Origin: an uncultured Bacteroides sp.
Lineage (GTDB): Bacteria; Bacteroidota; Bacteroidia; Bacteroidales; Muribaculaceae
Length of the DNA: 62,167 nt
Direction: 5' to 3'
Assembly: GCA_964531245.1 (NCBI GenBank)
Contig: CAZHDH010000001.1
Coordinates: forward strand, 1-62,167
The translations under genes and the position numbers were made by a program. A model generated the notes under the pieces. It was not told the origin of the DNA and did not search any database. It was given only the letters and a program-made list of their open reading frames with translations. Positions within the stretch are counted from its first letter, which is position 1. Each line of letters opens with the position of its first letter. Positions 20,513 to 31,422 of this stretch are shown here, in pieces.

Positions 20513-20623
20513 ACGCGATTGGGATTCTCCGTACTGATTTTTACTGAGCCGCGATTCCTTACTTCCGGCCCCGTCATATCTCTGACCAATTACCGCCTAA
20601 GCACATAATTGACATCACCCTCG

Positions 20624-20668
20624 CACGCTTTGTAACCGCGGTAATGATTACGGCGGTTACAAAGCGTG
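20624..20668. terminator. Long hairpin between the oxidoreductase gene and the typA promoter
   Basis: cacgctttgtaaccgc / gcggttacaaagcgtg perfect 16-bp arms; no U-tract. Confidence 0.5.
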
Positions 20669-20708
20669 GGGCGTAATATGATCTGTATTTGTCATTCCGG
20701 CAGGCTTT

Positions 20709-20740
20709 TTTGCATAGTTCGGTCATTTTTCGTAACTTTG
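20709..20740 (+). promoter_or_regulatory. typA promoter
   Basis: TTTG at 20709-20712, 20-bp spacer, TAACTTTG at 20733-20740. Confidence 0.75.
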
Positions 20741-20765
20741 CGGTGAAATTCCAATAGCGTATTTT

Positions 20766-22562
20766 ATGCAGAACATTCGTAACATAGCCATCATTGCTCA
20801 CGTGGACCACGGCAAGACTACCCTCGTGGACAAGATGCTGCTGGCCGGACACCTCTTTCGCGAAAATCAAAATGCCGGCGAACTCATCCTTGACAATAAC
20901 GATCTGGAACGTGAACGCGGTATAACAATCCTCTCGAAAAACGTTTCCATCAACTATAAAGACACCAAAATCAACATTATTGACACCCCAGGACACGCCG
21001 ATTTCGGCGGTGAAGTGGAGCGTGTGCTCAATATGGCCGACGGATGTATCCTGCTTGTGGATGCGTTTGAAGGACCCATGCCTCAGACTCGTTTCGTGCT
21101 TCAGAAAGCTCTGGAAATCGGATTGAAGCCAGTGGTGGTGGTCAATAAGGTGGATAAACCCAACTGTCGCCCCTCTGAGGTGCAGGATATGGTGTTCGAC
21201 CTCATGTTCAGCCTCAATGCCACCGAGGAGCAGCTTGATTTCCCCACCATTTTCGGGTCTGCCAAAAACGGCTGGATGAGCACCGATTACGAGCAACCCA
21301 CCGACAATATCCTGCCCCTGCTCGACACCATTCTGGAGCATATCCCCGCTCCCGAGGTGCGCGAGGGTGATTCTCAGCTGCTTATCACGTCGCTCGACTT
21401 TTCCAGCTACGTTGGTCGTATTGCTGTGGGTCGTGTACACCGTGGCACCCTGCGCGAGGGCCAGGACGTGGTGCTCTGCCGCAAGGACGGCTCCACTGTG
21501 CGCCAGCGCATCAAGGAGCTGCATACCTTTGAGGGTATGGGGCGCAAGAAGGTATCCGAGGTATCAAGCGGCGACATCTGCGCCATCGTGGGTATCGACG
21601 GCTTTGAAATCGGCGACACTATTGCCGATGCTGCAAATCCCGAACCCCTGCCGCGCATTGCCATCGACCAGCCCACTATGTCGATGACCTTCACCATCAA
21701 CGATTCGCCCTTCTTCGGCCGCGACGGTAAATTTGTGACTTCGCACCACATCGGCGACCGTCTCAACCGCGAGCTCGACCGCAACCTGGCCTTGCGCGTT
21801 GAGAAGGATCCTCACCGCGATGTTTGGGCTGTCTTTGGCCGTGGTGTGCTCCACCTCTCGGTGCTTATCGAAACTATGCGTCGCGAGGGCTACGAACTTC
21901 AGGTAGGTCAGCCACAGGTTATCGTCAAGGAAATCGACGGTGTGAAATGCGAACCTATCGAATTGCTCACCGTAAACGTCACCGAGGAATTTTCATCTAA
22001 AATCATTGACATGGTTACCCGTCGCAAGGGTGAATTGGTGTCGATGAGCAGCCAGGGCGACCGTGTTCATCTGGAATTTAACATCCCCTCGCGCGGTATC
22101 ATCGGTCTGCGCAACAATGTGCTCACCGCATCGGGCGGCGAGGCTATTATGGCCCACCGTTTTCTGGAATACCAGCCATGGAAGGGCGACATCGACCGTC
22201 GCACCAATGGTTCGCTTATAGCCATGGAAGCCGGTACAGCATTTGCATACGCTATAGATAAACTTCAGGATCGCGGCCGGTTCTTCATCTTCCCCCAGGA
22301 GGAAGTGTATGCCGGACAGGTAGTGGGCGAAAATGCTAAGGACAACGACATTGTGGTGAACGTAACCAAATCCAAGAAACTCACCAATATGCGCGCTTCC
22401 GGTGCCGACGACAAAGCCCGTATCATACCCCCCGTGGTATTCAGCCTCGAAGAAGCGCTGGAATACATCAAAGAGGATGAATATGTGGAAGTTACACCTC
22501 ATCACATACGTCTGCGCAAAATCATCCTTGATGAAATTGAACGCAAACGCGCCAATCGCTGA
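20766..22562 (+). CDS. typA: Translational GTPase TypA/BipA
   Basis: [25 protein letters not shown] and [10 protein letters not shown] motifs. Confidence 0.97.
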   Translation: MQNIRNIAIIAHVDHGKTTLVDKMLLAGHLFRENQNAGELILDNNDLERERGITILSKNVSINYKDTKINIIDTPGHADFGGEVERVLNMADGCILLVDAFEGPMPQTRFVLQKALEIGLKPVVVVNKVDKPNCRPSEVQDMVFDLMFSLNATEEQLDFPTIFGSAKNGWMSTDYEQPTDNILPLLDTILEHIPAPEVREGDSQLLITSLDFSSYVGRIAVGRVHRGTLREGQDVVLCRKDGSTVRQRIKELHTFEGMGRKKVSEVSSGDICAIVGIDGFEIGDTIADAANPEPLPRIAIDQPTMSMTFTINDSPFFGRDGKFVTSHHIGDRLNRELDRNLALRVEKDPHRDVWAVFGRGVLHLSVLIETMRREGYELQVGQPQVIVKEIDGVKCEPIELLTVNVTEEFSSKIIDMVTRRKGELVSMSSQGDRVHLEFNIPSRGIIGLRNNVLTASGGEAIMAHRFLEYQPWKGDIDRRTNGSLIAMEAGTAFAYAIDKLQDRGRFFIFPQEEVYAGQVVGENAKDNDIVVNVTKSKKLTNMRASGADDKARIIPPVVFSLEEALEYIKEDEYVEVTPHHIRLRKIILDEIERKRANR

Positions 22563-22564
22563 TT

Positions 22565-23407
22565 ATGTTCTCGCTTAACCTACGCGGAAAACTCGTTGAA
22601 TATGACCGCCCCACGGTGATGGGCATCATCAACGCCACTCCCGATTCGTTTTTCGGCGCGTCGAGAGTGAGCACCATTGATGAATGTAAGGCCCGCGCCG
22701 CACGCATGGCCGCCGAGGGTGCCGATTTCATTGACATCGGAGCATTCTCGACACGCCCCGGAGCCCGCGAGGTGGGCATCGACGAGGAAATCGACCGCCT
22801 GCGCGAGGCTATTCCGGCCATACGAGCCGCGGCACCAGATGTGCCGGTTTCGGTGGATACATTCCGCGCCGAGGTGGCTCGTATAGCCGTGGAGGAACTC
22901 GGAGCCGATATTGTAAACGACGTGGCCGGCGGAAATCTTGACCCTGCGATGTTTGATACCGTAGCCGCTCTGGGAGTTCCCTATATCTTAGGCCACATGC
23001 GCGGCGAGGTGTCGAATATGATGGAGTTCACACAGTATGAGGACGTTACGGCCGATGTGCTCAGCGAACTCGGCGACCGCCTGCAACAGCTCTCGCTCTT
23101 GGGTGTCAACGACGTGATTATCGACCCCTGCTTCGGGTTCAGCAAAACCCTTGACCAGAACTATCGCCTGCTTTCGCAGCTTGAACTGCTGAAACTATTC
23201 CACCGCCCCCTGCTTGTGGGATTCTCACGCAAATCAATGATAACCAAACTGCTCGACATACCCACCGACGAGGCCCTCAACGGCACGACGGTGCTGAACA
23301 CTCTGGCACTGGAACGCGGTGCTGAAATACTGCGCGTTCACGACGTCCTCCCCGCGGTGCAAGCCTCGCGTATCGTGGGCAAAATGATGTCGGAATCCAA
23401 TCTTTAA
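22565..23407 (+). CDS. folP: Dihydropteroate synthase
   Basis: MGIINATPDSF, DIGAFSTRPG, SRKS and LRVHDV motifs. Confidence 0.96.
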   Translation: MFSLNLRGKLVEYDRPTVMGIINATPDSFFGASRVSTIDECKARAARMAAEGADFIDIGAFSTRPGAREVGIDEEIDRLREAIPAIRAAAPDVPVSVDTFRAEVARIAVEELGADIVNDVAGGNLDPAMFDTVAALGVPYILGHMRGEVSNMMEFTQYEDVTADVLSELGDRLQQLSLLGVNDVIIDPCFGFSKTLDQNYRLLSQLELLKLFHRPLLVGFSRKSMITKLLDIPTDEALNGTTVLNTLALERGAEILRVHDVLPAVQASRIVGKMMSESNL

Positions 23408-23432
23408 CTCTCAATCCCTCTCCCCTCGCCTT

Positions 23433-24212
23433 ATGCCAACTTTCGGCGTCAAAGACGCATTCGACATCCTTCTGGTAGCGATTCTGCTATATTATATCTA
23501 CCGGCTTATGAAAGAGTCGGGCACCATCAGCATTTTTTATGGCATAATGGCGTTTATCGTGGTGTGGATCATCGCCTCCGAGATTCTGGAGATGCGTCTT
23601 ATCGGCACAATTCTGGATAAGTTTATGAGCATTGGTCTGCTCATCCTTGTCATCCTGTTTCAGGATCAGATAAAACGCTTTCTTGTAGAACTTGGCTCAC
23701 ATCGCCGGTGGTCGTTCCTTGCCAAGGTTTTTCATCACCACAAAGGCGATACCGACGACTCAAGCGCATGGGTGCTCCCGGTTGTGTATGCCTGCATGAA
23801 TATGAGCAAATCTAAAACCGGCGCACTCATTGTCATACAGCAGGATATGCCGCTTGACAACTACGCGAAATCGGGCGATATAATCAATGCGTCCATCAAT
23901 TCGCGGCTCATCGAGAATATATTTTTCAAAAATTCGCCCCTTCACGACGGCGCAATGATCATAGCCGACGGCAAAATCGAAGCTGCCGGCTGCATCCTGC
24001 CCGTGAGCCACGATAGCGACGTGCCCCGAAGCATGGGTCTGCGCCACCGCTCAGCCTTAGGTATTGCCCAGGCCACAGATGCCGTGGCCGTGGTGGTATC
24101 AGAAGAGACCGGCAAGATTTCCATAGCATACCGCGGCAAAATCTATCCGCGCCTATCATCTGCCGAACTCGAACAGCGCCTCACCGCCCTCGCTACCCCC
24201 GGCGCACAATAA
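23433..24212 (+). CDS. cdaA: Diadenylate cyclase (CdaA/DacA)
   Basis: Three N-terminal TM helices; PLHDGA and GLRHR DAC motifs; VSEETG. Confidence 0.92.
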   Translation: MPTFGVKDAFDILLVAILLYYIYRLMKESGTISIFYGIMAFIVVWIIASEILEMRLIGTILDKFMSIGLLILVILFQDQIKRFLVELGSHRRWSFLAKVFHHHKGDTDDSSAWVLPVVYACMNMSKSKTGALIVIQQDMPLDNYAKSGDIINASINSRLIENIFFKNSPLHDGAMIIADGKIEAAGCILPVSHDSDVPRSMGLRHRSALGIAQATDAVAVVVSEETGKISIAYRGKIYPRLSSAELEQRLTALATPGAQ

Positions 24213-24442
24213 AATTATGTAACCACACCGGGTACGCACCTCACGGGGGACGACCGTCCTATGGAGCGACGCCGCTCCACGGTGTCGGATTCGCGCCGTA
24301 TGGGAGGGATACGATAATACATTGTATTTCAGCGATTTGTATGGACGCAAAAGTTTTTTTGCGCCCATACAATTTATTGGTATTCCGCAAATTACGTCCA
24401 GAATACCTCTCCCGGTGCTTACGGCGCGCCGGGGACAACTTC

Positions 24443-25156
24443 TTAGCACAGACTCATTTCGATGTCGCCGATGGCAAGCGAGGCCTTGAATAATACCGGT
24501 ATGCGTGCATCTGCATCAATGAGGCAGCGCACCGGCACCCCGGCACCGCTGTATGTAAACGTAAATTCCTGTACCGGTTGGCCATTCCATTGCTTTTCAC
24601 CGCCATACACAGCCGTTACCTGCATACCTTCGCCACATTGTGCCGTGAGGGTCTGTCCCGGGGTCAATGAATCAAAATCTACACTATAAGCATAGTAAAA
24701 CGCTGCCAGTAGGTTAGCCGTGGTGAGGATATTCGTCATCGTTGACGGATCGGCATCCAGCGTGCCCTGCCCTGCTGTGTTTTTGAAATTCTGTGGTGCA
24801 TCGGCATCGTAACATCCGGCCCGCAGTGCGTCAACCGTAGGTTTTCTATACCACCCGATGCAATCAGTGACAGCCTCGGATGGCAACTCACCGGGAGCTG
24901 CCGTACCGAACGTGGCTGCCAATGTATCGGTCACCTCAAAAAAACGACCCTCCCAGTCGATACTGCGACCATTAAGAGTGCCATAGAAATAATCGTCGGT
25001 ACACTGCACCGACACCGACGCGTGAGCAGCGGTCTCATCAATCAATCCCCAGTGATAGCGCACGGCATAGTTATACGTCCGTTCAGGGAAATCCACGGCA
25101 GAAGCCACAGACGCAGCTCCCAAAATCAATAAAGTTGAAAGTAAAAATTTCTTCAT
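24443..25156 (-). CDS. Secreted hypothetical protein, DUF3108-like
   Basis: Signal peptide MKKFLLSTLL; YAVRYHWGLI, FFEVTDT and RIPVLFKASLAIG motifs; start placed at ATG 25156. Confidence 0.55.
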   Translation of the reverse strand: MKKFLLSTLLILGAASVASAVDFPERTYNYAVRYHWGLIDETAAHASVSVQCTDDYFYGTLNGRSIDWEGRFFEVTDTLAATFGTAAPGELPSEAVTDCIGWYRKPTVDALRAGCYDADAPQNFKNTAGQGTLDADPSTMTNILTTANLLAAFYYAYSVDFDSLTPGQTLTAQCGEGMQVTAVYGGEKQWNGQPVQEFTFTYSGAGVPVRCLIDADARIPVLFKASLAIGDIEMSLC

Positions 25157-25274
25157 AATTTTGATGTAAGATTCATATAATCTATAACAACGTATAAGCA
25201 TTTGAGGTTTGACTCACGATTGAAATTGCACCGACACGATTAGCAGACGAATAAGCGCAAACCGGCCACGAACG

Positions 25275-25304
25275 AAAAAGCCCTCCGCAGCGCGCGGAGG
25301 GCTT
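25275..25304 (-). terminator. Intrinsic terminator of susCD
   Basis: aagccctccgc / gcggagggctt stem followed by a U-run on the minus strand. Confidence 0.85.
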
Positions 25305-25330
25305 AGATATATCATTGATAATTAAGGAAA

Positions 25331-27052
25331 TTACCAACCGGGGTTCTGAGTCAGGTTCTTGTTGAGACGGATCTGATCAGTAGGAATAGGCCAGAAGTAT
25401 TCACGGTCAGAGAAAGTACGGGTCATACCGCCTGAACAATCGATATAGTTACCATTAACATAAGGAGCAGCCACAGGTGCAACAGAGATATTTGCACCCA
25501 GGGTGATATCCGGATTCTTGGTGAAATCGAGCAAGTCGAGCTTATGCCAACGAACGAGATCCCAGTAGCGAATATCGTCATCGAACATAAATTCGCAACG
25601 ACGGCAGCGGCGGATTTCCCACAGCAGTGAGCTTACGCCCATGTCATTATCGGGGTCGTTCATATTGGACAGAGAGGCAAGGGTCTGGTCAGGCAGACCG
25701 GCACGGCTGTAAAGCGGATTGAGCAATGTGGTGACATCTGCATCGGTTAACGAACCGAGTTCAGCTTTAGCCTCAGCCACGGCGAGAGCAATACGGGCAC
25801 CCCAGAAAAGCGGAGCGCATGTATAGGCCTTGTTAGCAACTGTAGCATAGGCATAGGGAACTTCAAGATTGTCGTATTTAGCTACGCCATAGCCCGTGTG
25901 AGAAGTCATAGCCATGGTGTTCTCACGTGTATATTCCATATTGGTATACATAACGTAGGGGTCTATGGTCTGCGCCAGACGTTGGTCGCGCACAGCGAGC
26001 AGATTTGCAATAGAGAGGGCTGCAGATACAACGTTTCCGTCTTCGTCATATTCAACCTCAGCGACACCAACATCCGAACGGTCACAAGATGTGAGTTTGA
26101 GGGGTTTGCCATCAGCAAACAGGTAGCTGTCGAAAGCATCCTTTGTCATACCGCAGACAGTTGAAGACGAACAGGTCCAGTCAAGAAGTGAGTGCATAAA
26201 CACGTCCTTGGTATAGCCTTTCATGAAGATAACCTCTGGATTAGCTGCCAGACCTTCTATAAATGAGTTATAAAGAGCCTGATAATTATCTCCTACGGGA
26301 TAGGCGCTAACCAATGGTGAGCCGGTATTTACCACCTTGTTGAACATTTCGGTAGCACGAGTATTGTCCCCACTATGGTATTTGGCATACGAACCCTCAA
26401 AAAGAGCCATCTCTACGAGGACTGCCTTGGCAAGATCCTGTGAGAACTCAGACTTAGAAGATGCCTTAGTGATGTTATTTACGGCATATTCCACATCAGC
26501 CAGAGCGTAATTCATAACTTCTTTGCGAGCGGCGCGAGGTCCATAGAGTTCGGGAGATTCTGTATTAAGGACATCCTCAACCAGGGGTACGTCGCCATAA
26601 CGTTTAACGAGGGTGAAATACTGGATACCGCGGTTGAGACGTGCGATGGCGATGAAATTATCACCCTCGACAGTTCCGTTGAGTTCACCTTCCGATACAC
26701 CCTTGATGATAAGGTTGGCACTACGGATTTCAGTATACGGATCGTTCCAGTATGAGGAGGAAGACAACGCTGTAGTATATGTCCAGTTGGCGAAACGTGA
26801 ACCAAGCGAACCGGCCTGGTCATCATTGAGTGTCTTGAAGTAGAAAGTACCCTGACCACTGGCACTGCCATAACCGGAGAAGTCGTTATAGAAGGTATTT
26901 ACCTGGTTCTGAACATTGAAATCCAGACTCCAGTATGAGGAATTGTTTAGCTGCTTGGACAACGGCTCGCGGTTGTCGTCGAGGAAGTTGTTACAGCCGG
27001 TGAGCATAACCCCACCGAGTGCCAAAATTCCAAATATATTAGATTTTTTCAT
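25331..27052 (-). CDS. RagB/SusD family nutrient-uptake lipoprotein
   Basis: Lipobox LTGC; LVKRYGDVP, EIRRCRRCEF, RYWDLVRW and C-terminal LTQNPGW motifs. Confidence 0.93.
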   Translation of the reverse strand: MKKSNIFGILALGGVMLTGCNNFLDDNREPLSKQLNNSSYWSLDFNVQNQVNTFYNDFSGYGSASGQGTFYFKTLNDDQAGSLGSRFANWTYTTALSSSSYWNDPYTEIRSANLIIKGVSEGELNGTVEGDNFIAIARLNRGIQYFTLVKRYGDVPLVEDVLNTESPELYGPRAARKEVMNYALADVEYAVNNITKASSKSEFSQDLAKAVLVEMALFEGSYAKYHSGDNTRATEMFNKVVNTGSPLVSAYPVGDNYQALYNSFIEGLAANPEVIFMKGYTKDVFMHSLLDWTCSSSTVCGMTKDAFDSYLFADGKPLKLTSCDRSDVGVAEVEYDEDGNVVSAALSIANLLAVRDQRLAQTIDPYVMYTNMEYTRENTMAMTSHTGYGVAKYDNLEVPYAYATVANKAYTCAPLFWGARIALAVAEAKAELGSLTDADVTTLLNPLYSRAGLPDQTLASLSNMNDPDNDMGVSSLLWEIRRCRRCEFMFDDDIRYWDLVRWHKLDLLDFTKNPDITLGANISVAPVAAPYVNGNYIDCSGGMTRTFSDREYFWPIPTDQIRLNKNLTQNPGW

Positions 27053-27064
27053 ATTAACCAAAGA

Positions 27065-30000
27065 TTAGAAAGAAACTTGGAGACCGAACGAGAATGTACG
27101 AGGCATAGGAGTGGTACGGCCAAAGTCGGCATAACCTGCGTTTGAACCCTGAGAGGTTGTAGTTGAAGAAGTTGCCAACTCAGGATCAAGTCCATATTTG
27201 CCTGCGCCATTGTAAAGGAATGCTAGATTTTCAGCAGAGAAGTAGATACGTGCACGCTGAATCATAGCTTTCTTGGTGATGTCGGCGGGGATGGTGTAAC
27301 CGAAAGTCAGGTTTTTAAGACGGAGATAAGCCATATTGAGCAGGTAACGATCCTGAGGATAGAAGTTATAGCAACCACGACCCATAGTCGAAGACCATTT
27401 ACCGTTACCGCCACCACCTTCGTACATATTCGGATAGGTGTTGTTTTGATCAATTTCGTAACCTACGATTTGGTGAGCATCATTATACACGTAATGGTTG
27501 TATGAATTCTGACCTTCAAATGTACCGATAGCACTCTGAGCCATAGGAGTAACAGTAGAGCCTGTAACCCACATATTACGCTTGCCTACACCCTGGAAGA
27601 AGAGATCAATATCGAACCCTTTCCATGCACCGCCGAGACGGAATGAATATTCAAACCGGGGGAGGGCATTACCGATCACCTTCATATCACCATGATCTTC
27701 CATAGTACCTTCGCCTATATTGATTTCACCATCGCCGTTAAGATCTTTAAATTTCACGTCGCCAGGGCCATACACAAAGTTACCGGTCTGCATACCTGTC
27801 TGGTCGGCAATGCCGGGAGCATAACCTGTCTGTGTTGCGCCGGGGGCATATTTACCATCTGCTGTATTCCAGGTAAAGTCATCAACCGTGAAGTAGCGGT
27901 CGGTCTCAAAGCCCCATATATCACCGTAATAAAGACCTTCGGTGTAATTGTTAGTATTACCGGGTGTGTATGTGTAGATGGAATGAGAGGGATTGTTCCA
28001 TTTAGTGATTTTAGAGCGAGCATCAGCTAATGAGGCATTGACATATACATCTGCATCGCCGAAAGAGTGATTCCAACCTAACGAGATTTCCCAACCGTTT
28101 GTGGTCAGCTCACCGTTGTTCATAACAGGAGCGTCTGCACCAAGCACTGCGGGCAGAGTCTGACCCGGGCCAAGCATATCCTTATTCTTACGCTGGAACC
28201 AATCGAATCCAAAATTGAGGGAGTTGTTAAAGAAACCGAGATCAATACCTACGTCAACTGTCTGGATTCGTTCCCATGTCAGGGTGTTTGACACCAAAGT
28301 AGGCATCTCGTACATTGTTAACTTCTGTGCGTCAGCACCGGTTCCGTTAAGCCAATAAGTATAAGTCTGTGAAAGCTGATTTATTGTAGAGAGGAATCTA
28401 TACGCTCCTACACTTTCATTACCAATCTGACCGAACGACGCACGAATCTTACCATTGCTCCACCATTCTTTGACAGGTTCAAAATACGATTCTTCAGAGA
28501 ATCGATAGCCTACGGATGCCGAGGGGAAGAATGCCCACTGGTCGTTGGAGGGGAAGCGACTCGAACCATCGTAACGGCCATTTACTTCCAGAAGATAAAT
28601 ACCTTTATAGTCGTAGTTGATACGACCGAAGAAACCGGCGGTAGCGCGTTTCCAGTCTTCACCGGTTACGTTATATGTTGGACCGTTGGTGAGGTCAATA
28701 TTAGAAGGATCATATTGCACCAAACCTGTACGCTGAGCATAGAACTGTTTGTAGTGCTCTTGTTCAGCCATAGCACCGAGCATAATCTTGAGGTTGTGAT
28801 CCTCATTGAATGTCTTGGCATATGTGGCGTATACGTTCATATTCCAGAAAGTATCACGATAGTTGCTCTGTGCAACGTACGACGACGACTGACTGTAATC
28901 AGAGTAAAGTACGAACGGTTTGTTACCCCAGGTCTGCCAGGTATAGAACGGAGCACGTGCGGCATCACTGTTCATATTACGCAGAGCGTATGTGAAGTCG
29001 GCCTGAAGATTGAGCCCGGGAATAATCTCGGCATTCAACCACGCCTGCATACGTGTCTGTGCGTATGTGGTGCGATTCATCTGCGAATTTAGCGAGTTAC
29101 CGATAACGTTACGGAACTGCACCGGATTTCCATATTCGTCGTTGATATAACCATAGTTCAGGAAGAAGCCGGGCCAGCGCCACATATACTGATAAGGGTT
29201 AAGAGTGCTTGATGCACCACTTACCAGCATCGAGGGTGTGTCAACGTCTCTATTCGAGAAATTCATACGCACTCCTGCTTTCAGCCAACTGAAGATAGAG
29301 GTAGAAAGGCTGACATTGGCCATATATCGCTGCACTTTAGCAGGATTGTAACGAAGCATATCTTCGCGTGAATCATAACCAAAAGATGCGCGGTACTGAG
29401 TCTTGCCTGATGTACCTTCGAGGCTTACATTATGTTTCTGACTGAATGCAGAGCTGAAAAGAGTCTTTGCGATATCCCAGTCGGCATAGCGAAGCCAGGT
29501 ATTGCCTTGGATCACATAGTCGCCTACATTATCCCAGTTCTGGAACTCGTGAAGCTCTACATTACTTGTATAGGGCTTGCCGCCGTGCTGTGCCTGCCAT
29601 GCCTCGGCATAAGGCAGCAGGTCTGTATAGTTCATACCGAAGATGTCTACATCACCGCCGGTGCGATACTGTGATTGCAGAGCATTGTTGATCTGATCAA
29701 CAGTATTGAGGAATTTGGGCAGGATTGTGGCGTTGCTCCAGCCAAAGTTATTGTTATAACTTACAGAAACGCGGTCTGTCTTGGCAGACTCCTTCGTGGT
29801 GACAAGAATAACACCGAAAGCGGCACGTGTACCGTATACTGCAGAAGAAGATGCGTCTTTAAGTACAGAGATAGCCTCGATATCCTCGGGGTTGATAAAT
29901 GAGAGATCGTCAACAGGAACACCATCAACAACGATAAGGGGTGATGAACTCTGACTGTTTGTAAGAGTTCCGACACCGCGGATATTGATTGTAGCGTTGC

Positions 30001-30514
30001 TGGTAATATCACCATTTGCTGTAGTAATAGTAAGACCGGGAACCGAACCTTGGAGTGCCTTGGTGACATCGGTAACGGGGCGGCTGTCCATTGTGCGGGC
30101 TACGTCAACGGTGGCAACGGCACCGGTAAGGTTGGCACGTTTCTGTGAGCCGTAACCGATGGCTACGAGTTCGTTGAGCTGCTCGGTGGTGGGCTGCAGG
30201 TAAACCATCATGCCCTGAGCGGCAGCGACTTCTACGGGTTTGTAGCCTACGTAAGAGATGCGAAGAGTGGTGCCGGGAACGACGCGGAGTGAGAAGTTGC
30301 CGTCGAAGTCGGTAGCTGCGGCATTGGTCTGTACGCCTTTTTGCACTACGCTTGCACCGATAACCGGCTCGTTGTTCTCGTCAAGGACGGTACCGGTGAT
30401 AGTGACGGCCGCCTGACTTTGCGCCTGAGGCTCGGGGGCAGCAAAGGCGGCAAAATTGCCGGTCAATGGCATACCACAAGCCAATAGCAGAGTCACAAAC
30501 AATTGTTTTCTCAT
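27065..30514 (-). CDS. SusC/RagA family TonB-dependent transporter
   Basis: N-terminal extension, plug motif LKDASSSAVYGTRAAFGVILVTTK, GRYDGSSRF, C-terminal GLQVSF; start placed at ATG 30514. Confidence 0.96.
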   Translation of the reverse strand: MRKQLFVTLLLACGMPLTGNFAAFAAPEPQAQSQAAVTITGTVLDENNEPVIGASVVQKGVQTNAAATDFDGNFSLRVVPGTTLRISYVGYKPVEVAAAQGMMVYLQPTTEQLNELVAIGYGSQKRANLTGAVATVDVARTMDSRPVTDVTKALQGSVPGLTITTANGDITSNATINIRGVGTLTNSQSSSPLIVVDGVPVDDLSFINPEDIEAISVLKDASSSAVYGTRAAFGVILVTTKESAKTDRVSVSYNNNFGWSNATILPKFLNTVDQINNALQSQYRTGGDVDIFGMNYTDLLPYAEAWQAQHGGKPYTSNVELHEFQNWDNVGDYVIQGNTWLRYADWDIAKTLFSSAFSQKHNVSLEGTSGKTQYRASFGYDSREDMLRYNPAKVQRYMANVSLSTSIFSWLKAGVRMNFSNRDVDTPSMLVSGASSTLNPYQYMWRWPGFFLNYGYINDEYGNPVQFRNVIGNSLNSQMNRTTYAQTRMQAWLNAEIIPGLNLQADFTYALRNMNSDAARAPFYTWQTWGNKPFVLYSDYSQSSSYVAQSNYRDTFWNMNVYATYAKTFNEDHNLKIMLGAMAEQEHYKQFYAQRTGLVQYDPSNIDLTNGPTYNVTGEDWKRATAGFFGRINYDYKGIYLLEVNGRYDGSSRFPSNDQWAFFPSASVGYRFSEESYFEPVKEWWSNGKIRASFGQIGNESVGAYRFLSTINQLSQTYTYWLNGTGADAQKLTMYEMPTLVSNTLTWERIQTVDVGIDLGFFNNSLNFGFDWFQRKNKDMLGPGQTLPAVLGADAPVMNNGELTTNGWEISLGWNHSFGDADVYVNASLADARSKITKWNNPSHSIYTYTPGNTNNYTEGLYYGDIWGFETDRYFTVDDFTWNTADGKYAPGATQTGYAPGIADQTGMQTGNFVYGPGDVKFKDLNGDGEINIGEGTMEDHGDMKVIGNALPRFEYSFRLGGAWKGFDIDLFFQGVGKRNMWVTGSTVTPMAQSAIGTFEGQNSYNHYVYNDAHQIVGYEIDQNNTYPNMYEGGGGNGKWSSTMGRGCYNFYPQDRYLLNMAYLRLKNLTFGYTIPADITKKAMIQRARIYFSAENLAFLYNGAGKYGLDPELATSSTTTSQGSNAGYADFGRTTPMPRTFSFGLQVSF

Positions 30515-30721
30515 AAGGTGGTAGTTAAAGTTTTTTATTGCCGTGATATGTATCACGCGGGGTGGTAAATATCATCGGCTTGGTTATGATTGGAAGTTAT
30601 AATTCTGCGGAACTTAATGTGCTATAAGTCAGCTGTTTTGTTAGTATTTTGGTTATGCTGCCGTGGCAGCTTCATAAAGATTTTTTAAGGGTTTATGGGT
30701 TATCAGATAGATTTAAGTGCA

Positions 30722-30729
30722 CAAAATTA
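30722..30729 (-). promoter_or_regulatory. -7 promoter element for susCD
   Basis: TAATTTTG on the minus strand about 205 bp upstream of the ATG. Confidence 0.6.
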
Positions 30730-30856
30730 AGACTTATTTCTTAGAACGAATTATATTTAACTTTATTTAACCTTATGTTTTACAGCATATTTTTTTAGAA
30801 ATCGTTTGAAAATACACTACTATTAACACATCCTGAAATATATTTCGGGTGGTATT

Positions 30857-30888
30857 TTTGCCTCGGTGGGAAATTATTGCTAATTTTG
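30857..30888 (+). promoter_or_regulatory. Promoter of the OMP-tsaD-cinA operon
   Basis: TTTG at 30857-30860, 20-bp spacer, TAATTTTG at 30881-30888. Confidence 0.75.
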
Positions 30889-30917
30889 TGGTGCAAATAT
30901 AATGTACGTACGCACGC

Positions 30918-31421
30918 ATGAAAAAATATATCTTAGGTGTAGCGACCGCCATGGTTGCGCTCACCGCCTCGGCAGCCGACCTGCGCGGCGAAAAGTCGTT
31001 TGGACCCAAGCTCGGTTATTTCTCCCATAATAAGTCGGCTGTGGCCGGCCTTACTTTCACTTACGCGTTCAGCAACCACTTCCGGCTTGCGCCTGAGGTG
31101 GGCTGCGTGTTCCGCCACAATAATCAGGACGCTTTCGTAGGTGATCTGAACGCGCATTTCCCGTTCAGCTTTGAGGACAATAACGTGGTGGCCCTGTACC
31201 CGGTGGTGGGCATTACCTACAATTCGTGGGGCACTCATTTCCGTCTGGAGGACGATGGTAAGGAGGTGAGCAGCCACAACAACCGCCTGGGCGCAAACCT
31301 CGGCGCGGGCTTCGACCTGCGGTGCTCCCAGACCCTGCGCCTTAATATCGAGGCTAAGTATTCGCTCGTCAAGTCGTTTTCGTCGCTGGTTGTCACAGCC
31401 GGCATAAGTTATGTATTCTGA
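30918..31421 (+). CDS. Small outer-membrane beta-barrel (porin family) protein
   Basis: Signal peptide; FRLAP, LGANLGAG and NIEAKY motifs; C-terminal GISYVF. Confidence 0.8.
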   Translation: MKKYILGVATAMVALTASAADLRGEKSFGPKLGYFSHNKSAVAGLTFTYAFSNHFRLAPEVGCVFRHNNQDAFVGDLNAHFPFSFEDNNVVALYPVVGITYNSWGTHFRLEDDGKEVSSHNNRLGANLGAGFDLRCSQTLRLNIEAKYSLVKSFSSLVVTAGISYVF

Positions 31422-31422
31422 T

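Noticed and set aside
20574..21524. 316-aa antisense ORF over typA
   Set aside because: Shadow ORF of a conserved GTPase gene; no protein features
22565..24212. folP-cdaA adjacency as a novel folate/c-di-AMP link
   Set aside because: This gene order is common in Bacteroidota and is not specific to this genome
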